From Octopus bimaculoides (lineage: Eukaryota), in assembly GCF_001194135.2 (NCBI RefSeq), contig NC_068982.1, forward strand, positions 80,443,669 to 80,476,481: a DNA stretch of 32,813 nucleotides. The letters are read 5' to 3'. A program made the position numbers and the translations under genes. Position 1 is the first letter of the stretch. Each line of letters starts with the position of its first letter. Shown here in pieces: positions 1-12,868 of this stretch. The notes under the pieces were generated by a model that worked only from the letters and a program-made list of their open reading frames with translations, made no database searches and was not told the DNA's origin.

Positions 1-104
1 TACATATATATATATATAGGTGTATATATATGTTTATGTAAATATGTATGTATGTTTTTACTATTGTTATATTTACTTTTCGTTTTCTTTTCTTTTGTCA
101 CTTT

Positions 105-540
105 TTTTCTTTTAACTGTTCTTTTTTCTTCAATTTATGCTTTTGAAATTTGAATAAATTTTCTCTCTCTTCAGGCCTATGACGACGGTATACCAAGTAG
201 AAGAAAAAAACAAATGAGAATTTTCGGCACCTGCTTCTCTTTGCTTTCGCTCATGGTTCCCAAATTATCAAATCCACTCGAGAAATTTGTGCTGTGTACG
301 GAAGACGTGCCATTATAGAAAGAACTTCACAGAAATGGTTTTCATGCTTCAGGGAGGAGAAATTTGATCTCACAGACTTCCCGGGTTCCAGTCAACTTGT
401 TCAGTTGAATACTGAGTGATTGAACGGGCTCATTCACTAGAAGCCGCGCCAATCAAGTTGGAAATTAGCCCAGCAGATAGAATACGTCCATGATATCGTC
501 ACCCGTTATCTTCAGTCTGTAGGTAGGGTTCAGACGACCT
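105..540 (+). mobile_element. Mariner (Mos1/SETMAR-like) transposase 5' fragment, pseudogenised
   Basis: Manual translation from 213 gives NENFRHLLLFAFAHGSQIIKSTREICAVYGRRAIIERTSQKWFSCFREEKFDLTDFPGSSQLVQLNTE*LNGLIH*KPRQSSWKLAQQIEYVHDIVTRYLQSVGRVQ. This is the N-terminal double-HTH region of mariner transposases, with 2 stops. It ends just before the expected WVPHEL motif. The upstream 'ttttaa..tttttcttcaat' resembles the subterminal sequence at 2333-2359. Confidence 0.85.
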
Positions 541-589
541 AATTGGCTTCTTTAATAATACAACGCTCGCTTTCACGCCGCTGAATTGA

Positions 590-650
<61 letters not shown>
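590..650. repeat. (CT)n-(AT)n compound microsatellite
   Basis: Directly visible. Confidence 0.95.
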
Positions 651-825
651 CATACTTTCGGTGCGAATGGTTTTGTTATACGGTGCCGGGTTTTACAATC
701 CTGTAAGTAATAATAATAGTATTTATATAAGGCTAAAGCTCATAGCGATCACCGTGCAATGACTGAGAAAAATAGTCTAATAATGGGGCATATAAGCCCT
801 CGACTGAAAAATGTAGGCTTTCCTG

Positions 826-897
826 TCCGCGTGGGACTCGAACTCCCATCTCTTTGCTAACGCAACTAAGTGTGTTACCATTACACTAGCGAATTAG
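826..897 (-). mobile_element. tRNA-derived Pol III head (probable SINE 5' end)
   Basis: The minus strand reads TTCGCTAGTGTAATGGTAACACACTTAGTTGCGTTAGCAAAGAGATGGGAGTTCGAGTCCCACGCGG. It has an A-box (TAGTGTAATGG), a D-stem (GTGT/ACAC), and a B-box (GTTCGAGTCC) in a TGGGA/TCCCA stem. The acceptor and anticodon stems are poor, so it is not a functional tRNA. Confidence 0.6.
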
Positions 898-959
898 CCT
901 ACCTGTCTCTATCAAATTTAAGAACCATATTAGTTCATAGTTGTTATATATGTGTGTGT

Positions 960-991
<32 letters not shown>

Positions 992-2241
992 ATACATGTT
1001 ATTATGCAAAAGTGTCGTAAGTCCAAAACGTTACAAAACAATAGATTCACCATTCCATTTCTTTTCACATTAGTAAAACCGTTGAACTACAACTTTGATA
1101 TATTTTATCTTGGCATCTGAAGCAGCTGGAGATACAATAGCTTGGCAAAAAGAACCGGCTATTGCAAGCAAAAATAAATAGTGAAAAAACCGCATTTGGC
1201 CAAATTTGGACATACAACATTTTAAAATAATAGCAACGATATATATATCTATATGAGTGTCTTTTTATGTCNNNNNNNNNNNNNNNNNNNNNNNNNNNNN
1301 NNNNNNNNNNNNNNNNNNNNNNNNNNNNNNNNNNNNNNNNNNNNNNNNNNNNNNNNNNNNNNNNNNNNNNNNNNNNNNNNNNNNNNNNNNNNNNNNNNNN
1401 NNNNNNNNNNNNNNNNNNNNNNNNNNNNNNNNNNNNNNNNNNNNNNNNNNNNNNNNNNNNNNNNNNNNNNNNNNNNNNNNNNNNNNNNNNNNNNNNNNNN
1501 NNNNNNNNNNNNNNNNNNNNNNNNNNNNNNNNNNNNNNNNNNNNNNNNNNNNNNNNNNNNNNNNNNNNNNNNNNNNNNNNNNNNNNNNNNNNNNNNNNNN
1601 NNNNNNNNNNNNNNNNNNNNNNNNNNNNNNNNNNNNNNNNNNNNNNNNNNNNNNNNNNNNNNNNNNNNNNNNNNNNNNNNNNNNNNNNNNNNNNNNNNNN
1701 NNNNNNNNNNNNNNNNNNNNNNNNNNNNNNNNNNNNNNNNNNNNNNNNNNNNNNNNNNNNNNNNNNNNNNNNNNNNNNNNNNNNNNNNNNNNNNNNNNNN
1801 NNNNNNNNNNNNNNNNNNNNNNNNNNNNNNNNNNNNNNNNNNNNNNNNNNNNNNNNNNNNNNNNNNNNNNNNNNNNNNNNNNNNNNNNNNNNNNNNNNNN
1901 NNNNNNNNNNNNNNNNNNNNNNNNNNNNNNNNNNNNNNNNNNNNNNNNNNNNNNNNNNNNNNNNNNNNNNNNNNNNNNNNNNNNNNNNNNNNNNNNNNNN
2001 NNNNNNNNNNNNNNNNNNNNNNNNNNNNNNNNNNNNNNNNNNNNNNNNNNNNNNNNNNNNNNNNNNNNNNNNNNNNNNNNNNNNNNNNNNNNNNNNNNNN
2101 NNNNNNNNNNNNNNNNNNNNNNNNNNNNNNNNNNNNNNNNNNNNNNNNNNNNNNNNNNNNNNNNNNNNNNNNNNNNNNNNNNNNNNNNNNNNNNNNNNNN
2201 NNNNNNNAATAAAAAGAATATATATATATATATATATATAT

Positions 2242-2294
<53 letters not shown>

Positions 2295-2318
2295 CACATA
2301 AATATATACATACACATA

Positions 2319-2692
2319 TATAGGGCTGTCAGTTTTAATCCATATTTTTCTTCAATAGTTTTATCTATTCAAAAGTTCTAATCAAGGGCTCGGTTGGAAA
2401 GTTCTTTCGCATCCAGCTTATTCTCCTGATGTAGTGCCTTCAGATGATTACATTTTTCGGTCTCTCTTCACCAGCCCGTGAAGCGTTTCGTTCAACAAGA
2501 ACATGGAGCTGAAAACGTGGCTTCATGAATTCTTCAAGTCGAGTACCAGTGATCTCTATGGTGAAGGCATTGATAAGCTGGCTGAACGTTGACAAAGAAG
2601 AAAAGGAGAATATATTATTGACTATTGATGAAAAATATGGATTAAAATTAATGAGGAAAAAAACCCGAACGAATTTATCAGACAACCTTATA
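2319..2692 (+). mobile_element. Internally deleted (MITE-like) mariner carrying the transposase C-terminus
   Basis: 2383-2628 translates QGLGWKVLSHPAYSPDVVPSDDYIFRSLFTSP*SVSFNKNMELKTWLHEFFKSSTSDLYGEGIDKLAER*QRRKGEYIIDY*, containing a YSPDLAPSD-type motif. A mariner-like right TIR lies at 2657-2690, followed by TA. 2333-2359 is a 26/27 inverted match to 2621-2647. Confidence 0.85.
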
Positions 2693-2702
2693 TACTTATA
2701 TA

Positions 2703-2828
2703 TCTTTTATGTTGTACTTGGTTCAGTTATTAAACAGTGGCCATACTGGGGCACCACGTTGAAGATTTTCTTTAATCTAATGAATCCACCCAAGAACTTA
2801 TTTTTTAAGTTACGGGGGATACAAACAC
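2703..2828 (-). mobile_element. Degenerate 3' fragment of the CORE-type SINE seen at 16032-16393
   Basis: 'gttcagttattaaacagtggccatactggggcaccacg...aagttacgggg' aligns by eye with 16062-16195. Confidence 0.6.
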
Positions 2829-3180
2829 ATGTATGTATGTATGTATGTATGTATGTGTGCGTGCGTAAGTGCATGTGTGTGTATGTATGTATGCATGCAA
2901 CTATGTATGTATATATGTATTATGCATGCATGGATGCATGTATGTATGTGTGTATGTATATATATACACACACCCACGCTCACACATACACACAAATAAT
3001 AAGTATGTGTAAGTATATATGTATGTGTGTGTATTCATATGCATACGCACATACATATATACATACATACTCATATCTAATATGTTGTTGTGCATATGAA
3101 AAAATATATAACTGTGTGTATGTGAACACACACACAAACACACACACAAACACACACACATACATACACACACATATATA
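2829..3180. repeat. (TATG)n/(CA)n/(TA)n degenerate microsatellite block
   Basis: Directly visible; source of the spurious YVCM/HTHT ORFs. Confidence 0.9.
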
Positions 3181-3895
3181 CTGAAAAGTTGATACATCAA
3201 AGCTATTTGTGACACGAAATAAATTCCACCTTTTGAAAAACAGTAAATATTATTATGATATTCTCATTAATTCTCGAACCAAATATTTGTAATTAATCAG
3301 TTAATTAATTGGACGTTAAATTAATGAATCCGCTAATAAATTGATTTTTGATGAGTATCGCTATTAGACGTAGATTACAGAGATAGTTTAATAACAACAG
3401 AGCGGAAATACGAGTGGTTAGTAATATGCGTTCCTGAATACGAAAATGAGGCTGGCGACTCAACGAAAGTAATCAAGTAATTTAACGTGTATTTGTAGAA
3501 GTTAAAACTCAAAATATCATTTCGAGTTTAACGTTGCAATTTATTTTTTTAATTTTAAATCGAAACATCTCAGATACTTTCAGAGGTTGATAACAGCGGG
3601 AAAGTAACAAAAAAAAAGAAAAGTAACTCCACCTAGAAAATATCGATTTGACTATATTTCATTATGTATACTGTATACTCGAATCGATATTTTTATAACT
3701 AATTACGTAGGACTATTTTTGATGTACATCATACACTCATTGATATAAGCAGAATAAATATTCCACCCCAATCTTAATTAAAACTGAAATAATGAAAGAA
3801 AAAATTATTTTGTAAATAAATGGCTAGTTTCTGATAGTATTTTAGTCATCAACATCTGATAAAAATTCACTCGTTATGCGGCCTATTTTCTTGCT

Positions 3896-5830
<1,935 letters not shown>

Positions 5831-5877
5831 TCTTGTTCTTCTTCTTGTTCTTCTTCTTCTTCTTATTATTATTATTA

Positions 5878-5924
<47 letters not shown>

Positions 5925-5934
5925 GTTATTTTTA
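5831..5934. repeat. (TTC)n-(TTA)n array between two LINEs
   Basis: Directly visible. Confidence 0.95.
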
Positions 5935-7790
5935 TTATCCTGTAGTCTTATCAATATCACGTGCTTTCACTGCACCACCGAGCGCAGCTCTGTGTGACTT
6001 GGGTATGTGCTGTGGTTTGTTGTGATGCTCTTATTGTTACTGTATTGAAAGTGTTTTACATAGGATGTGTGCAGTGCCTAGTAGTGCTATTTTCTATATG
6101 TTACATATATTTGTTATTCCTGGTGTTTTTGTGATGTATTTGTCTGAATATTTGTTATCATACCTAATGTACCTATTATGATAGGAATTGTTTCTGTTTT
6201 TTGACTCCACATTCGAGTTACCTCTATTTCCAGGTCTTTGTATTTTGAAAATCTCTCCATTTCTTTTAGGGAAACGTTGTCATCTGCTGGTATTGATACA
6301 TCATTTAGAAAGCACTTTTCTTTCTTGATAATCTCTGGAAACTATATCCGGCCTATTGGCCTTAATTTCTCTATCTATGTGTATTGGCATAGCCTTTCTA
6401 TGTCAGATTTTGTGTGGTGCATCCTAAATCCTGTCATTATTCTACTTGCTTTCCTATCTATTTTGATTAGTTTATTTTGTGCCCAGTTAAGGATCTTGTA
6501 GCTGTAACCTATAACTGGGACGGCTAGAGTGCTGATTCCTATTATCTTGTTTTTCGCATTGAGCCCTGTTTTCACTATTAATCTAACTCGTCTATAGCAT
6601 TCTTTTTTTTAAATTTTCTCTTTCATTTGTGTGTTGAATCGTATCTATTTCATTGATTCCTAAGTATTTGTATGTCTGGCTTTGGTCTAATTCTCTTATT
6701 TCATTTGCTTTATCTATTGTGTTGTTCCTACTTCTAACTAGTTTTCGTCTTTTCAAGGTTGCTTTGGCACATTTTTCTAAGCCATTTTCTAAGCTATTTT
6801 CTGTATGTTATATATATTTGTTAGTCCTGGTGTTTTTGTTATGTATTTGTCTGGATATTTTTTTTATCATACCTAATGCGCCTATTATGATATGAATTCT
6901 TTCTGTTTTTAGACTCCACATTCGAGTTACCTCTATTTCCAGGTCTTTGCATTTTGAAAGTTTCTCCATTTCTTTTAGAGAAACGTTGTCATCTGCTAGT
7001 ATTGATACATCAATTAGAAAGCATTTTTTCTTCTCTTGATGATGTCTGACAACTATATCCAGCCTATTGGTCTTAATTTCTTTATCTATGTCTATTGGCA
7101 TATCCCATAGAATGGTTGCTTTCTCATTTTCTGAGACCTTTTCTGGCGTGTGCTTTTACCATCTTTTTTATGTTGTTATTCCACAGTGTTGACACAGCTT
7201 CCCGTGTATAAAGATACGAACTCTGTCGTATCTGTGAATGTATTCCTTTTTAGCCAAGACTGGGCAGCCAGAGATAATATGATTTAGTGTTTCTTGTCAA
7301 TCTCCTCTTATTCTGCAGTTACTTGTTATATTTCTTTTCATTACATGCATTTGGTAATTTCTGGTAGGAAGGCTTTGATCTTGTGCTGCAATTAAAAATC
7401 CTTAAGTCTCTGCTTTGAGTCCTGTGCTTCTCAGCCATTGTTGGGATTTTGTTTTGTCTATGTCTTTTCTGTTTAGCTTAACCCAGTATTTGCTATGAAG
7501 GGGCTTTTCTTGCCATCGTTTTATCATGATCCGTTGCTGTCCCAGTTTTAGTTTGGATTCCAGTTCTTTTACAGCTTTCGTTGTTTCTTATTTTTCTTCA
7601 TAGTTGTTAGGTACTATGACTTCTTGTATACCTTGTTCTGTAATTTTTTATTTACGCAATATTTTTCTTGTTTTCTTGTTGCTTAGTAGTGTTGACTATT
7701 TACTAGTTTCATTAAGGATTGACAGATCTTTTCTCTTGTTTTCTATTTTTTTTCTGGATATTATTGCTTGGGTGGTGATACTCCGGTTGG
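5935..7790 (-). mobile_element. Second R4/Dong-type RLE LINE family, rearranged composite with duplicated endonuclease
   Basis: In minus-strand order: QKKIENKRKDLSILNE (pre-RT region); KRWQEKPLH..KAETEGFLIAAQDQSL..NCRI..ETLNHIISGC (CCHC knuckle); WDMPID..TNRLDIVV..FLIDVS..KEMEKLSKCKDLEIEV (RLE); GLEKCAKA..YKYLG..RRVRLIVKTGLNAKNK..IERL (RT end and thumb); a second RLE copy MPIHIDREIKANRPDI..KIALLGTAHILCKTLSIQ*; then the 3'UTR and (TAA)n. Confidence 0.92.
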
Positions 7791-7850
7791 AAATGGGTTT
7801 AAGGGAGAATCCAGCTTAAGGAGGTATCCAACTTGTAGTGGTTTTGGGCA

Positions 7851-7886
<36 letters not shown>

Positions 7887-7982
7887 GAGTGAGAGAGCAG
7901 TGCATTTTACCCCTGTGTCACTTTGATAAGTGACACAGGGGTAAAATATACTAAGGAATTTTAATGTCTTCAGTAACTGTGT
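7887..7982 (-). mobile_element. Probable 3' end of a third (TAA)n-tailed LINE, containing a 20-bp perfect hairpin
   Basis: It abuts (TTA)n at 7853-7886 in the same orientation as its neighbours. 'gagtgagagagcagtgca...aagtgacacaggggtaaaatatac' resembles an octopus repeat end recalled from memory, not verified. A gap follows. Confidence 0.4.
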
Positions 7983-8574
7983 NNNNNNNNNNNNNNNNNN
8001 NNNNNNNNNNNNNNNNNNNNNNNNNNNNNNNNNNNNNNNNNNNNNNNNNNNNNNNNNNNNNNNNNNNNNNNNNNNNNNNNNNNNNNNNNNNNNNNNNNNN
8101 NNNNNNNNNNNNNNNNNNNNNNNNNNNNNNNNNNNNNNNNNNNNNNNNNNNNNNNNNNNNNNNNNNNNNNNNNNNNNNNNNNNNNNNNNNNNNNNNNNNN
8201 NNNNNNNNNNNNNNNNNNNNNNNNNNNNNNNNNNNNNNNNNNNNNNNNNNNNNNNNNNNNNNNNNNNNNNNNNNNNNNNNNNNNNNNNNNNNNNNNNNNN
8301 NNNNNNNNNNNNNNNNNNNNNNNNNNNNNNNNNNNNNNNNNNNNNNNNNNNNNNNNNNNNNNNNNNNNNNNNNNNNNNNNNNNNNNNNNNNNNNNNNNNN
8401 NNNNNNNNNNNNNNNNNNNNNNNNNNNNNNNNNNNNNNNNNNNNNNNNNNNNNNNNNNNNNNNNNNNNNNNNNNNNNNNNNNNNNNNNNNNNNNNNNNNN
8501 NNNNNNNNNNNNNNNNNNNNNNNNNNNNNNNNNNNNNNNNNNNNNNNNNNNNNNNNNNNNNNNNNNNNNNNNNN

Positions 8575-9745
8575 AATTTTTGAGGATAAAGCGGATTTGC
8601 ACTGACGTAAGGGATTACTGGAAACATGCAAATACTTTTGTACATCATTATGTCAAACGCGGTTACAATGAATCACAATTAAAGGAAATAGCAAATGAAA
8701 TAGTTAAGATTAGCAAAGATAGTCAAACCTTCACGCATAATTTTAGCAAACACAATACAATAGATGACAAAATTCCTTTAGTGATTAGCTGGCACCGAAA
8801 TTTCGCTGGCATTTCAAAAGTGTCGCATGAAAGTTACCAGCACGTAGCGAAAAAATATCCTTGTTTCAAACAGATGTTTCCTCAGCCACCTATTGTAGCC
8901 TTTTGACGGAATAAGAATATAAGAGAATTATTAACCTCTCGTTCTGTTGCCAAGAAAACGAACATTAGACTATCTGTACCTTGAAAAACAGCAGCAAGAG
9001 AGGTTAGCCCTGTTCATTGTGCAACAACATGAGTCTAGTGAATTCCATCAGGAATCATAGTAGACATGTTATGATTTATACAGGTGGGACATGTAGAGAT
9101 TCCCATTTGGTTTACGTGGCAGAATGCACGAAACACAATTTGATTTATGTTGGTTGTACGACAGAACAATTAAACAAAAGATTAAATGGGTACAGATATG
9201 ACGTCAGGCACAAAAACAGTAGTTCGACAGAACTTGCCGAACATTTCGTTTCAAATGGCTGCAATTTTGAAAAAGACTTGAAAGAGCATGTTCTCAGAAA
9301 ATATTCTGAATCTGCTTCACTTTCATTTCTCAAAATCCATGAGGAATGAGGAGAAATATGTTTGCGGGTTATTAACATCACGCCCTGGAGGAATTGATAA
9401 TATAACAGGAGAATATCATCAAATTTATACAAAACTGTTTGTTATTCTTCTTTTTCCTTTTCCTTTTTCTTTCCTTTTTTTCTGTCTTTTTCTTTTTGCC
9501 TGTTATAAAATTGAAACTTAAAGACTGATGATGTCATTCCATCAACGTGTGGACGCTCGTTGCTCTCGTTCATACTTCGAATTTAAATTTCTGTAATTTT
9601 GAATTTTTAATCACCTCTTATTTTGAACTTGACAAAGACAGACGTACTGTCGAAATATCGTTCAACTAATAAAATATCTATTACAATCGAATCGCGCTCT
9701 TCGTCTTGACTGTTTTCCTTTGTGAAGAGTTACGTCAATCTTTTT
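8575..9745 (+). mobile_element. Penelope-like element (GIY-YIG, Neptune-like Cys-rich type), 3' part
   Basis: The RT thumb/linker reads KRGY..IPLVISWH..FPQPPIVAF*RNKNIRELL. After a frameshift: PCSLCNNM..GTCRDSHLVYVAECTKHNLIYVGCTTEQLNKRLNGYRYDV..STELAEHF..LLTSRPGGIDN (GIY-YIG). The 3' region has a hammerhead motif and AATAAA at 9668. Confidence 0.9.
9623..9665 (+). ncRNA. Minimal type-I hammerhead ribozyme (U3-A8 variant)
   Basis: TTGAAC-TTGACAA-A-GACAG-ACGTA-CTGTC-GAAA-TA-TC-GTTCAA. Stem I is 6 bp perfect, stem II is 5 bp perfect, and GAAA is present. Stem III is reduced to the palindrome ATAT. The predicted cleavage triplet is AUC (after 9659). Confidence 0.75.
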
Positions 9746-9750
9746 TTAAA

Positions 9751-9812
<62 letters not shown>

Positions 9813-10230
9813 NNNNNNNNNNNNNNNNNNNNNNNNNNNNNNNNNNNNNNNNNNNNNNNNNNNNNNNNNNNNNNNNNNNNNNNNNNNNNNNNNNNNNNNN
9901 NNNNNNNNNNNNNNNNNNNNNNNNNNNNNNNNNNNNNNNNNNNNNNNNNNNNNNNNNNNNNNNNNNNNNNNNNNNNNNNNNNNNNNNNNNNNNNNNNNNN
10001 NNNNNNNNNNNNNNNNNNNNNNNNNNNNNNNNNNNNNNNNNNNNNNNNNNNNNNNNNNNNNNNNNNNNNNNNNNNNNNNNNNNNNNNNNNNNNNNNNNNN
10101 NNNNNNNNNNNNNNNNNNNNNNNNNNNNNNNNNNNNNNNNNNNNNNNNNNNNNNNNNNNNNNNNNNNNNNNNNNNNNNNNNNNNNNNNNNNNNNNNNNNN
10201 NNNNNNNNNNNNNNNNNNNNNNNNNNNNNN

Positions 10231-10308
<78 letters not shown>

Positions 10309-10309
10309 G

Positions 10310-11511
10310 TTTAGGAAAGGCCTGGATCTCGAAGTTCGGACGAACTTTCTGGTCCCAGAGGGTAACTTGGTGTTCTTGGACGTGAGCTACAGGGAACGTG
10401 ATGCCTTTAGACTAGTCGCTGTTTACAGTCCCACGGGGGCGGAGCAGCCAAACTTCTTTAGACGTTTGGAAGGTTTTCTTGGGACATCACGCTCTTTAAT
10501 GTTGGTGGGTGAATGGAACGGCATCTTGGACGCACGTTTGGATAGGGTGGGGTTAGCTGATAGGAGAGGGGAGAGTGAAAGCCTCATAAACCTGCTCAGC
10601 CGCTTCCAATTGGCTGACAGGTACCGACTGAATTTCTCGAAAGCGCCAATGTGGCCATGGGCGAACCGCATCGGGTCTTCCAGATCGCATCGGGTCTTCC
10701 AAATCGCATCGGGTCTTCCAGATCGCATCGGGTCTTCCAGATCGCATCTGGATAGGGTATTTTGTAGGCCTGTAGATAGAAGTAGTATACGTTGGTCATG
10801 TTTGAAAGTCGTCGGCTACACGGACCATAAATNNNNNNNNNNNNNNNNNNNNNNNNNNNNNNNNNNNNNNNNNNNNNNNNNNNNNNNNNNNNNNNNNNNN
10901 NNNNNNNNNNNNNNNNNNNNNNNNNNNNNNNNNNNNNNNNNNNNNNNNNNNNNNNNNNNNNNNNNNNNNNNNNNNNNNNNNNNNNNNNNNNNNNNNNNNN
11001 NNNNNNNNNNNNNNNNNNNNNNNNNNNNNNNNNNNNNNNNNNNNNNNNNNNNNNNNNNNNNNNNNNNNNNNNNNNNNNNNNNNNNNNNNNNNNNNNNNNN
11101 NNNNNNNNNNNNNNNNNNNNNNNNNNNNNNNNNNNNNNNNNNNNNNNNNNNNNNNNNNNNNNNNNNNNNNNNNNNNNNNNNNNNNNNNNNNNNNNNNNNN
11201 NNNNNNNNNNNNNNNNNNNNNNNNNNNNNNNNNNNNNNNNNNNNNNNNNNNNNNNNNNNNNNNNNNNNNNNNNNNNNNNNNNNNNNNNNNNNNNNNNNNN
11301 NNNNNNNNNNNNNNNNNNNNNNNNNNNNNNNNNNNNNNNNNNNNNNNNNNNNNNNNNNNNNNNNNNNNNNNNNNNNNNNNNNNNNNNNNNNNNNNNNNNN
11401 NNNNNNNNAAGATATACGGGACGCGATGAAGACCTGAGCAAAGGTCGAGATGGTCTGCCCTTCGAGTTTTATTTTCATATGCCAGACTTCTTCGGTGGCC
11501 TCTTGGTGGAT
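10310..11511 (+). mobile_element. Tx1/L1-like LINE fragment (AP endonuclease and start of RT, spanning a gap)
   Basis: FRLVAVYSP..LMLVGEWNGILD..LADRYR..HLDRVF..GYTDHK are APE motifs. After the gap, IRDAMKT and DGLPFEFYFHMPDFFGGLL are RT domain-0-like. Confidence 0.85.
10667..10748 (+). repeat. 19-bp tandem repeat, 4.3 copies
   Basis: Unit CGCATCGGGTCTTCCAGAT starts at 10667, 10686 (one G>A), 10705 and 10724, with a partial copy at 10743. Confidence 0.95.
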
Positions 11512-11586
11512 GATGATGATGATGATGAAGATGATGATGATGATGATGATGTGGATTATGATAATAATAATAATAATAATAATAAC

Positions 11587-11647
<61 letters not shown>

Positions 11648-12827
11648 GTTTCAAATTTTCCCACAAGGTTTCGAGAGTCACAGAAAAATACAACGTTAAA
11701 CGGAGGACTTACAAAGACGTGCAATGATGGTGGTGAGGAATTACATTCAAAGGCTGTAGGAGAGCGAAATAGAAAATATATTTATATACTTTATATAAAC
11801 GGAAGAATTGAAAATGTATGAAACACAATATATAATGATATTTATATAAAATCAACATCTTCATTTGAGTTGACTAGTGTATCACATTTGCGTGCTAACA
11901 TCTGTGGTACGGTTGGCCTCAGAACCCTAAAGTTTTCTGCTAAGAGTTCTTATACTGGGTTAATAAGGGTCCATGCCCTCTGGAACGTTGAAATAGAAAC
12001 ACTTTTTAAAGTGTGTCGGAATTTTGAGCAATTGTTCTGTCATTTTTTTTTGTTGTCTTTTAAATGTGAAGCCATTTCTTCGATTCCTGCTCCGTTTGAA
12101 TATTTCTCATATTGATTGTATAAATGTTTTCTCAAAACTTTGTTTCATCGCGAATGGCTGCAGATTTCATTTTATTCAGATCGGGGAATAACTTTAGCTT
12201 GTAGGCCATTGGTTCCTCTTCAGAAGATAAGGATTCTTCTTCGTGGGAGAGGGTTCTCCTTCGCAGATGTGTATTCGACCTTACATATTTTACTTTATTT
12301 TGTACCTTTTCTTTTTCATTTTTCGTTTTATCGAAGAATGATTTTTTCCTTATGAGCATCTCTCTGATTCCTGTCCTCATAAGAGGATGGGCTACTTCCG
12401 TATGCTCACGCTGTGTGTAGGTTTGTGCCACTGTGTGTCAGATACTTCTATGTCATTTCGTGTTGCTGCCGATGTTTGTCCTCACCGTTTGTGGCTGAAC
12501 GATGAAACTTCTTGCACTCAAGTCTCACCCCTAATAACAAGGATGGGGCAGTTTCACTTGCCGACTTGTTGAGTTGCGCCTGCCGTCGTTCTAGGATCGA
12601 CAACCTTCATGATTTGATGTTACTCATTTTTTTAAAAAACTTTCTGCGCAGAAAGCATTTAGAAGGATATTGCTTCAACACATGTAGCACCGGGTTCATG
12701 AACCTTGTATGCTGAGCTTCAAGATCTTTGAGCACCGTCTTCAGAACAGCCGTTAATAATACCAAGTGCATTATTCAGCGCGAAACCAACGGTAGCACTC
12801 TCAAAACCTAACAATGAAAATACATAC

Positions 12828-12868
<41 letters not shown>

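Noticed and set aside
1065-2317. Long ORFs such as 416 aa and 350 aa, and similar ones over the other N-gaps
   Set aside because: They are open only because N-runs contain no stop codons.
179-2692. One mariner element interrupted by insertions
   Set aside because: The downstream piece has its own inverted left end, so two copies are more likely. This is not fully excluded because of gap 1272-2207.
3280-3340. Cluster of TAATTA/TTAATT homeodomain-like sites
   Set aside because: Expected by chance in very AT-rich DNA, with no conservation evidence.
9525-9560. CTGATGA followed by a possible TGTC/GACG stem
   Set aside because: No GAAA after stem II and no stem I, so not a hammerhead.
10667-10748. 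CRISPR-like appearance of regularly spaced repeats
   Set aside because: Head-to-tail tandem units without spacers, in a eukaryotic LINE.
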